DNA of 64,000 nucleotides from Psilocybe cubensis (Eukaryota): NCBI GenBank assembly GCA_017499595.2, contig CM039001.1, positions 4,030,001 to 4,094,000 of the forward strand, read 5' to 3'. Shown piece by piece: positions 53,931 to 64,000 of this stretch (position 1 is its first letter; each line of letters starts with the position of its first letter). The notes under the pieces were generated by a model. It saw only the letters and a program-made list of their open reading frames with translations, ran no database searches and was not told where the DNA came from. The position numbers and the translations under genes were made by a program.

Positions 53931-54793
53931 ATGGCGGCTCGGCAAACTCCCAAAAAGCATTTCGCGAGCGCCTCTAAGCTCAAATCTGAGGTTATCCTAG
54001 ATTTCCGCGAGTATCAAGCGCCAGATGTTTCTCAAATTGCTGCCCTTATGAATGTCAACAAGACGCAGCTGAATGAAACTTTCGCCTGTGCGCCTGTTGC
54101 TGTGGGTACTCCCAAGCTCAGCAATACAGACTCCCCATTCGCGTTTATCAAATCCAACAATTCAAATTCCAATGGTTCCACTCTTGGAGTGAAGGTCTTG
54201 GATGGGTACGACACGAGCATTTCCAACGTGGGGATTTTAAATGTGTATAATGCAAGCGATCTCTTTTATGGGATGCGCTCGCTTTGTTTTCGTTTAAATG
54301 TAAGTTTTTAATCTCTGGTGAAATGGTAATGGACACTTAACTCTGTTGATTTAGCTTCCTGGCCTTGACATGCCAGCGTTTTGTGTGGATACATGTGATA
54401 AAGCCACGAAAAATCCCATTCCACCCCGAGCTGTACTAGCCGACATCTGTCATTCGGTCATAGCCTACATCGATTCCATCAAGAAGGCACAGGAGGAAGG
54501 ATTGCTTCCCAGCCTCGTGCAATATGAAAATGTTTGTACTTTGATTTACTACATATGAATATACACTAATAAAGCACTCGTTCCATTGAAACTTGCAGAC
54601 ACCTTTCTACACCGACGAGACCTTGACCGAACGCTATTTTTGGGACTTTAGGACCATCGATTTGTCGAACTTGTACCTTCTTGGTGCTCTCAAGGAAGCG
54701 AAGTCAAGATCGTATGTCCTTGTGCTAGGTATTCGCCATCCGCGCCTCAATGTTGATGGTCCGGGAGTGAGAGTTAGATACGATGTTGTATGA
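53931..54793 (+). CDS. Hypothetical protein, three exons
   Basis: TATAAAA near 53857; ATG 53931; donors and acceptors join ...LCFRLN|LPGLDMP...QYEN|TPFYTDE...RYDVV* in frame. Family not recognised. Confidence 0.65.
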
Positions 54794-56043
54794 GTCGATG
54801 GGTTGGAATTTGATTCCATAGAGATCCGGAAACTGACATAATGCGGTTACTTTGTTTATGGCTACGCAGTATCGTGAATAGTATGATTTAGTATAATTTA
54901 ATCCGTTCATTCTAATTATGAATTGTTGTTTTGTGAAATGATCTACAAAGGGCAATCCATGCGCCTGCCTTGATATCAAGTGAAGATGAAATAAATGTCA
55001 AGAATTTAGATGGAGAGACCGGATCATATCAGAATGCGAACGTGATGTTCGTTCGGTAACAGTTTGAGGGATGGTCCGTGGCATTCTCAGTGCCTATCCA
55101 CCGTCGTCTTAGGTGACGTTCAGTGACTACTTGTCGTATCCACAATCGTAACACCATCCAATGTTCTGCATAACATGTCGAGGAATACCATAGAAAAACC
55201 TGCCATACGGCAGCATAACCATTCACCTCGAGGAATGTGTGAAATTTACGGTTGATAAGAAATAGCGATGCGTGCAAACTTGCGGAGTCAACATGGACAC
55301 TGAAGTCACTGAGCCCGTAGCGTGTGAGGGAGCATGAGTGGAGTTGCGGACTGGGCACATGGTTTTATGGCTTCGCGTGCCACCTATCCTTGAAACAAAT
55401 GTATCAAACAGCAATCTGACCTGATGGGATGGAGCATGTGAAAGGGAGAATGGGATTCAGGTAAAAAATTCTCAGGCGGGGTGATGATGGGATATCGGTC
55501 GAAATACGTTACTGCTGACACGATTATAATGGAAGTGTATAAGTAGCGATAAATCGTCCAAGGACCAGTAACACTTGAGTACAATTCAATCCTTTCTTCT
55601 TGATCATGTCCGACGACATAATTATTCCTGCCGTAATTGAACGCCGTGTAGTCAGTGCAACCTTAAATTCATTCATGCTTATAAACTACGTGATGGGTAG
55701 GTCTCGGGGAATTTGTAGTAAGAAAGGGGGATATTTGCTCAGTAAATTTGTAGGATTGTATACGATGGTGTATGGTGCCACAGTTTACGTGTACTGTATG
55801 TATTTAAATTTCGTCAGTACCGGAACTGTGCCAGTGTTTATGCATCTTAGTAGTCACAAGCAAACCGTCGGGCATGGGTAATAGCAAGCGGATTGTTTTG
55901 GCCACAATATCCACACTCTATTCGTTAAACCTTTTCCTCTTTATCACACAATGGTTTTTTCTCGGGTCTGTTCTGGTTACCAATGGAGACAGCGTGGATT
56001 CAATGTTCTGGACAACTTTTAGCTACCCATTCTGGGACTATAC

Positions 56044-58340
56044 GGGCATACAGAAATCAGCGTGGCTGCTCGCGTGCGTGCGTTTTTGCGTGTGCCTGCG
56101 TGACGCGCATTTTTGCGCAACAACTGTGTTCTGCACGCATATTGATGTGTTCTGCACGCAATGTCACAGCTGTGTCACACGTAGGATTGTAATGTAACAG
56201 TGGTCATTAGCGTTCATTTATCATTATTTGGTGTGTAATAATGTATTGTTAGTATGTCCTTGTACTCCAATTCCATGTGCGGCCAACACCACGGGTATCA
56301 AGCAGTTAGGATGTAGATTATTACACGGTTTATAATGTACTTGGATTAATCAAGATATATACCTTTAAAAGTCTACAATACATGGTAAGTGTAGGTGTTT
56401 GAGGCTCGGAACCTGTAGAACTTCAATGAAATAATTTGTTGTTAGAGGGGCGATACAAACAATGAACTCGAGGGATGGTTTGGTATGCCGAGTCCTTCGG
56501 CATGTGCCTCGCCACAATCTCCGACTCCGCAACCAAGAGTCGGCAATAAAATCGGCAACGGTTTATGATCGGTAATATCCGATCAAATGGTGAACTTTAA
56601 GAAAAATGACAAGTTTGTCATTTCGACATGCAATTGATGTTGTTGAATGACCACCAGCGTGACACCACAACACGCTAGGTGCACTCAATCGCACGCATTT
56701 GCCACGCAAGCAGCACGCGACCCACTTTCCCACGTTAACGCGATGGCACGCGACGGCACGCGATAGCACGCGACCCAATTAAGTGCGGGCAATCGACACG
56801 CAAACAGTTGTGATCTGCACGCGATGGCCCCGCAAGCAGTCTAAGTTTGCACGCTAGTACGAAATAATGCGTCTTGGGTTATTCCACTGCAAAATATGTC
56901 TGGATGTACCATTAGATATATTGAACTTTTACCTAGGCACTGATGTTGACTGTTTCAAAGATCTCAAATAAATTAAAAAGTAAAACTCAACGGAAATGAA
57001 CTCATTAAATGCATTAAATGAGTATATTGTGGTATGCAGTTGTGTTCCCACTTGGTATCTATGTGCATTGTTCCTCAATTTTCACTACCTCTAGGCTCCA
57101 CAAGCGGGCATAAAATGACATAGTGTTGCAGACATTCAACCTATATAAAGGGTATTAATTTTGCGAGGTCAATATACAATAGAAACTGATGATGACTCTA
57201 ATTCCCAAGGTTTGGGACTTCAATCGTGGAACTTCCCAGCTACATTATATCCGGATACGCAAGTCCTTGGAAAGAGCGATGGAGTTGTGTATGATTTACT
57301 TTGCCTCGTCCTTTTCATTCATTCAATCCAACATTTGATATCGCGCTACTATTCACCCAATTGCAAAGAAATATACACATATGACGGCATGGCACATGGG
57401 GGACGGTCCATTAGCGAACCAAAGGCTAAATTTGTGTGTTGCATTGCTGGCAAAAAACCAAAACTACTACAGGAGGTTCCATATCATTCGTGTTATACCT
57501 TTTCACAACGATTTGGTTTGGTAGTTGACACCACCACAAACTCAGACACAAAGACCTGACAATGCCATCGAGTACATCACCATGGAAGCCGGTATATCCG
57601 ATGAAGATTACATGAAGATCGATGACTCCAACTCCAACACTGGAGAGCTGGAGCGACCGGACACGCCTATAGTAGATGACCATCTTACTAGAGGGGAATA
57701 TACACCGAGTTTGCTGGATGGTGAACAAGTGGAAGAGCAGGCCATCCAATGGTTCAGATCCTTGCAGAGAAGATGCTGGTATGTGTTACAATTTTTAATA
57801 GTATAGTTATATTTTAGTATTGTTGTGTCCACCGAGTTTGCTGGATGGTGAACAAGTGGAAGAGCAGGCCCCATCCAATGGTTCAGATCCTGGCAGAGAA
57901 GATGCTGGTATGTGTTACAATTTTTAATAGTATAGTTATATTTTAGTATTGTTGTATGAGGCCGGGTCCAAAGTACATCGATCAACCCAAAAAGACGGTA
58001 GAAGCTCAACCCAAAAGCCCTCGTTCTAAACCTGGACTTATTCCAAAGAAAAGGCAGTGGGGTGTCAGTTAATTATTTAATACAACTGAATGCGTAGCAT
58101 ACTACATTGCTTGCAAAAAATAGCTTCACTGCTCTTTATGTGAATTTTATACAGAATGTTGCACGCAAATAGCACGCTACCTCAACAACGCTGCACGCGT
58201 TTAAATGTCATACACACGCAACATATAGCATTTTGCACGCAAGGTTATGTGAAAGACACGCAAATTTACCGATTCGCATTTATGCGTGGCACGCAAAAAT
58301 AGGTCGCACGCGGGCTAACCACGCTGATTTCCTGGTGCCC
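56044..58340. mobile_element. Non-autonomous TIR DNA transposon (2297 bp), 9-bp TSD, Mutator-like by TSD length
   Basis: TSD GGACTATAC at 56035-56043 and 58341-58349; termini GGGCATACAGAAATCAGCGTGG versus reverse-complemented GGGCACCAGGAAATCAGCGTGG; subterminal GCACGC/GCGTGC arrays; no transposase ORF recognised. Confidence 0.9.
57703..57955. repeat. Near-perfect tandem duplication with a 127-bp unit, inside the transposon
   Basis: CACCGAGTTTGCTGGATGGTG...AGTATTGTTGT starts at 57703 and again at 57830; the copies differ by a CC insertion and one substitution. Confidence 0.95.
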
Positions 58341-60799
58341 GGACTATACAATGTCCGGCATAATTCAAAACATCACATTGGTGATCTCTGACGGCCTTCT
58401 GGTTTGTACTTTTCTCGTGGATTTGAATATCTCTGACACGTACAACAGATTTGGAGGTGTTATAATGCATGGGGGGGATCCTTTAAAGTTATCGCATTTC
58501 CATTATTGTTACTGGTGGCAGAGTTTGGTACGCGTAACCTATGTTAGACATATACAAGCAAATTTGACTTTGTGATATAGGTCTAGCGATCACTTCTGCA
58601 ATTTTTAGCTCGATCACACCCGCCTTCCAAAGCCCAGCCTTGGAAGCTTTATCGGATAGGCTTTTAACGGCTTTCCCATTGATCTGTCTAGCCACTACAT
58701 CCTATGCGACGTTCTTCATAGGATACAGAATATACACCACTTCTGGAATCAGCGATAGTCGTTGGAAGATGAATTATACCCGAATCTTCACCACCATTGT
58801 GGAATCGGCAGCACTATACTCAGTATTCCTTCTACTATACGCCTTAACCATAGTGGTCACCCCTCTTCGTGTACTAGCATCTCCCGCCGTCGGATCGGGA
58901 TACTATATTTCGACACTGTTATATGTCATATCGGTGTGTTTTGTTTCGGTGGTCTTCACTATGTCATGTTATTAACGTAAATTCACGCAGGGACTAGCGC
59001 CAACGATCATGGTTCTACGCCTTGCACTCAACAACACGAACAGTCCTGTCTCAGTTGGCACTGGCGCTCACATTACCGACCTCAACTTTGACAACAACCA
59101 TGCGGGGACCACCTTCGGCGAAAGAGAAGATCGAACCTTCCAAGAGCGTGAATCCTCTGCCTATGTGGACGGCGAAGCTGTAGAACAACCTGCTGACACC
59201 CACGAGGTAACAGAATTATGTAGAATACAAGCTGTAGAATGAGATCCACTCTGAAAGGGTGATGCACGTCTTGAGACTCAAATGCCTTGCCTAAATTCTG
59301 CGTCAGAAAGGTAGCGAGTCCATCGTGACTACCTTCACAAAATACCTTTGAAGTTGTTATAAAACAGTACCGGTTGGGTTAGCATAGCAGTAGTTGAAAG
59401 GTTCCTAATTGCGATGGGAAAAGGAAAACAAAATTACCTTCCTAAAGCTCAAAATTCAATTTCAAACCTAATCATCAATCCCAACCATTTCTTCCACCCA
59501 TTTCCACGTATCCTTCCGCCCGACCAGCGTCTTCGGAAACTATCTTCACTTATCCTATGATTCCCACCATCTCGTAACTACATACCCAGGACCATCGTCA
59601 TCTAACGTAGGGCGCTTCCACCCTCATCTGAGGCGGATATGAGCTACGCTCACCGACTACGAATTGGACGCGCGTGTCCGCCTCCGTATGGATGAATGAC
59701 GTGTAAACTAGTATTGCAGGAGGAGTTTCAGGCATTTGGGACGGCGCTGTGTACGCTGGTTCCGTCAGATTTACCTCGTCAACAACGATTAGCAACACTA
59801 ACGCTGCCCCGAAATTTCAAAATATGTACCCTTCTCACTTTTCCAATATTCCCCTTCGCCACGTGTTTGCCTGAACCATCCATTTCCCAATCTACCTTCA
59901 ACCGGGAACGATCATGCGAGTGAGAAATTGAGTGATGGGGTAGTTGCGCAAGGGATATCGGAATGTTTTGGAGTTGCCTGAAAGCATGCCTTCCCTTCGG
60001 CCCCATTAGTCTACCTTCATCGAGAACACAAATGTGCTCGAATTTGTTTGGTGGGTCTACGGTGAGAAGAGGGGAATTATGGTGTTAGGAAGGAAGAGAG
60101 GATCAAGCAGGGTATGCCAAATTCAATAGCAACGAGTTCAACGAGATGAAGGCACCTCGTATATGCGCCATAAAAGTACACAGACGACGCGTACAGTCCG
60201 ACGGAAATGCACAGAAATGGGCACAGGTGCACGGGAGAATGGGGTGAAGAGCATGAGTAGCATATACCGCACTTTCCACTGCACTGGGGGCATCATCGAT
60301 CTGATTTCATCAGCGACGCAGACACCATACGAATTACACGTTATTCATAAAGTATACAATGCTGCAGCGTCGATGTGAAGCATGCACCAGAGCAATGGGA
60401 AAATCACGGTGATAGCGATGGCGATAGAAGGTGAGATCAGGGGTTGGATTGGAGTGTACTATCTGCTATCTTATGCAAACAGATGCTTCCGTGACGCATA
60501 TATAATCAAAAGCGAAGCACTCACTGTCATGCGCAGGCGGTCGTAGATCGTCCTCCTCCGGAAACCCTCAACCACTTCCGCTACGCTGAGACTCTTGTTG
60601 CCCTAATTTCTTGCCAGTTTGAACAGACGTCGAATCCCTCGCCATCCACCTGCGCTCTGGTTTTCAAGCAATTCCGGACAACCCGATCCATTCCGAATGT
60701 CGTGCATAATCACTGTTAGTGACCTACAAAGTACAAGAATCCTTCGAGTCCGAGTCAATCTCGAGTTTACCTCTTTCCTTTGATCCTGCTTTCTTTGGG

Positions 60800-61548
60800 T
60801 TGTCGGGGAGAAGACATGGTGGACCGGTGTGGAAGGGAAGTGGGAAGTCGCTCATTGTTTGTTTCAGTTGCCAAGTTCATTTTAAACTCCGCCCTGACCG
60901 CGATTCGGAGATGGAAGCGTGATTTCAATCTCCGCCCAAAAAACAAACTTGGGGAACCGGCTGAACACGGCACGAATGTTCCTCGCCCTCTTGACCCCTC
61001 CTCAATCATCAAACTCCATGTACGCCGTCTTCTTGTCACTGTTCATAAATGCGAAATCGTTATCTCCAATTCCAATCCTTCATCCATCTGCTCGAAAGAC
61101 GAATTTTGAGGAGAAATGCGCATAAAAACAGTTCCGTGATGTTAGACCATGTCTGATGTGTTTGATTGCGAAATAGATGCGGAGAACACGGTCTCGGTAT
61201 GTGTTTCGTTTTCAATTTATTTTTACTGACATCGTCTCCCTACAGGGATTTCGAATGTTAGAATACTCCATTCCGTTTTCTCCCTCGATCCTACCGCTGA
61301 CTCCCCATCATGCTGGCGTGCGGTCTGTATGCACCATGCGTCTGATGCATTTTAAAAGTCGTAAAAATGTGTTTCGGAATCCAGTTGTCGCACGAATTAT
61401 AAACATGCAACTGCCTGCTTCCTTCTCTCTGCATTTTTGCCTGGGTGATAGATGGCTTTGGAGGAGTCCCGGTTTTGAGCAAAGCTCGAAGTCACCGTAC
61501 ACGGTTGTCCTCGATTTCCGAAATATCAGCTTCTCAGAGGCGGTCTGA
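60800..61548 (+). pseudogene. Gene relic of unknown family
   Basis: A canonical intron (GTATGT...CTGAC...CTACAG, about 61197-61245) links two protein-like frames, but the upstream exon has three in-frame stops near 61107-61146. Boundaries approximate. Confidence 0.3.
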
Positions 61549-64000
61549 TGACCAACAGGTCACAGACGGGCACATTCTCTAGAGGCTCATATTTATACCT
61601 AAAACGGAATCCTCACTCGGTCTCTCGTAAAACCTTCCTCCATGTACATTTCAGCCCAATACTCAGGTGACGTACCAATCCATGGTTATAGTCTGTGTAA
61701 CGATCTAAATCTGGACCTCTGACTCGTTTGATGAAACCGATTTGCTGCTTGGCGCTCATCCTCTACCCATGCCTTCTCGAGCTGCTCGACATAGCGTCTA
61801 GAAACAGACCATTAACCTTCATCTATCTGACCCTTAGCAGGAGGATCTATGTGAGGAGTGGAATCGCAAAGCCGACGGGAAGAACACGCTGTTGATAAGT
61901 GTTTCGTTTATGACTTTTGTATCCTGACATAGTTTTTCAACATATACTCGGATCTCTAAAGTGGCTGGTCTTGGCTTCCTCTCTATACCACTGCCACTGC
62001 CTTCCGAATACGCCGGCGCATGCTTGGAATGTACGATGCGTCCAGTGCGATGAATTTTGTGCCTCTAGAACCGCTCCGTTTCTCGTCGTTACCCACTCAT
62101 GCGCAGGTGCAATTTCTGACGTGTTTTGAGGATGTTTCCGGTATCCCCTGTTTGTTGTAAAGTGGCGCCTGTGCGACACAGATTGTAATTACGTGTTCAC
62201 CCTCGAGGATGATGTTTTCACACATCTTTAATTTACCTAATTTAACAAATGACGCTGTATGGTACTTTGCGTCGTGCGAGTATCTGTGAAGGTAGATTAG
62301 CGTATATCAACGTTATTATTGTACTTTTTGTCGTCTTGTGGGTGTATAATGCGTCAGCTGAGGTGAGGAGTCTAAGATGAAAGAAGCGTCTCTTTGTCAT
62401 TATTTCGTATTGTCGAACTAAAGTGTCAGCAGAGTAAGACAAACAAACGGTTGGCTTGTTATTCATTAAGGAAACCTTATGGGAGTTATAGTGGCTTTGT
62501 CTTGTACTCGTATGTTAACCGCACAATGGGGAGCTTTTTGAAGGGATAATCTGTGGATCACTAAGCAGATGAAGATGCCAAAAGATGCTGATAAGAACAT
62601 TATATAAATACGCCAATGCGTGTATCATTCCTCATGTTTAATGCCACACGCACAATGCTCTATCCTAGGACAAATCCTTACAAGCCTCTCCATCGCGCTT
62701 TAATATCTGTCTATCGCTACACTGCAGTACCTCACGAATATCTTCAACTACGGATCGCAGAAGTCATCCATCTGCAGGTTGAAACTTATGGTCAGGAAAC
62801 GAGGTGATTAAGTGCCATTCCATCGTTCAAACCTGTTTGATTAATTGGGTCGTTTTACTACATATTCCAGGCGTGTTGTTGGGTATGTGTGTCACACTAC
62901 CTTCTGCAGGCCCTTCAAAAATGCTGTTGAAGATATTGTGGTCGTGTGATGTGGTACGTCTTCTTTCTTTCATCTTCATTTCACTTCATTTTCTGATTTC
63001 TTTTCTTTTCACATTGTGATAAGATGGCTTGCATGGTCGATCTAGAGAGTCTTCTTCCCGAAAGATTACCATTAAGCTTGATAAATAACTGGTGCAATTC
63101 CAGGAGAACCACGATTGAGTGTCTGAAACACAGACTCGGATCTGAAATAGCTGTCTAGAGAGCATTAATTGGTCTCGTGAGACGGGTCAAATGTCGGATA
63201 CTGCTCTGCAGACCCCTCGTCAGAGTGTGAGGATGGCGGTAATTGCCTACTAGGGGTACGTGACGAGTGCCAAATGCTTTGAACAGGGGTATTTCGGATG
63301 ACTCGGACTCAGTGGTTAGTAAATTCAGCCATTTGACTCGGATATCCTCATTTGTTGTTGTTCATTCCTGACCTTTTTTTTCTTCCTTGCGTCCATAGAG
63401 TTCAGTATCAAGGGAACCTTGCTAACACTCATCCTCCACCATCAGAGCTTGAACTGGCTGTATGTGATGCCCAGGAAAAAAAACGGCGCCAGGAGATGGA
63501 GGCCCTTGTCAATTGCGATGAAAAGTTGATGAAAATTCTGGCTCCCAGAGCAACAGTTACCCACCTACAGGAGTTTTCATGATTGTTTAATTCATATTTT
63601 TGGATAATGAAATGGGCTGATTTATGTGTTGTATTTGGATTTATTGCTTCGCTTTCCCTTGTATTTATCTCGAGCTTGCCAGGGCTAAAGGTTTAGACAT
63701 GTTTGGTAGCGATCAGTTTTCGAGCGGCGACTGATCATGAACGTCTTTGGCTCACATGGACTTTGCTACCCCGTCATCCTTGTGTACCGCAACTCGAAAA
63801 CCCTTCACCAGCTATAAGCTTGTATTGAACGCAGATGCACCGGGTTTTACCTCACTGTGTAGCTCACAGACCCCTTCACATCCTACTCCACCTCCATGCA
63901 GCATGCAAACGTGGCGCCGGGACCTGTCACTGCCCATCCGCTCACCTCATCGCTCTAAGGCACGTATGCATTTGGGCCGCTGGACGGGTTTCTGATGTCT

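Larger units (their letters stand above)
55606..59242 (+). pseudogene. Membrane-protein paralogue 4, coding exon interrupted by a 2.3-kb transposon
   Basis: Removing 56044-58349 restores TTC TGG GAC TAT ACA ATG TCC (FWDYTMSGIIQNITLVISDGLL). Downstream exons are intact (IWRCYNAW, TFFIGYRI, TTIVESAALYS, GLAPTIMVLRLA). Confidence 0.85.

Overview
Intron-rich eukaryotic DNA from an Agaricomycete (mushroom-forming basidiomycete, most likely Agaricales), judged from short GT-AG introns, class II peroxidases and Agaricomycete-expanded membrane families. The core is a plant-cell-wall/lignin neighbourhood: two paralogous short manganese peroxidases with the atypical Asp/Gly/Asp Mn site (MnP-DGD type), one of them head-to-head with a GDT1/TMEM165 Mn2+/Ca2+ transporter, followed by two tandem CBM1-GH62 arabinofuranosidases. 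Also present: four paralogues of an uncharacterised multi-pass membrane family (one split by a 2.3-kb TIR element with a 9-bp TSD), two F-box/LRR-like genes (one with a probable 1.18-kb intron), an MP88-like GPI-anchored protein, a ~16-exon DUF6533-type gene almost invisible in the ORF track, an intronless PD-(D/E)XK-like gene, a Brc1/Rtt107 multi-BRCT gene, a MOA-type chimerolectin with all catalytic residues substituted, a 342-bp MITE, an ~830-bp foldback repeat and some gene relics. No rRNA, tRNA or CRISPR was seen. Exon boundaries were assembled by eye and family calls come from motif recognition, not database searches.
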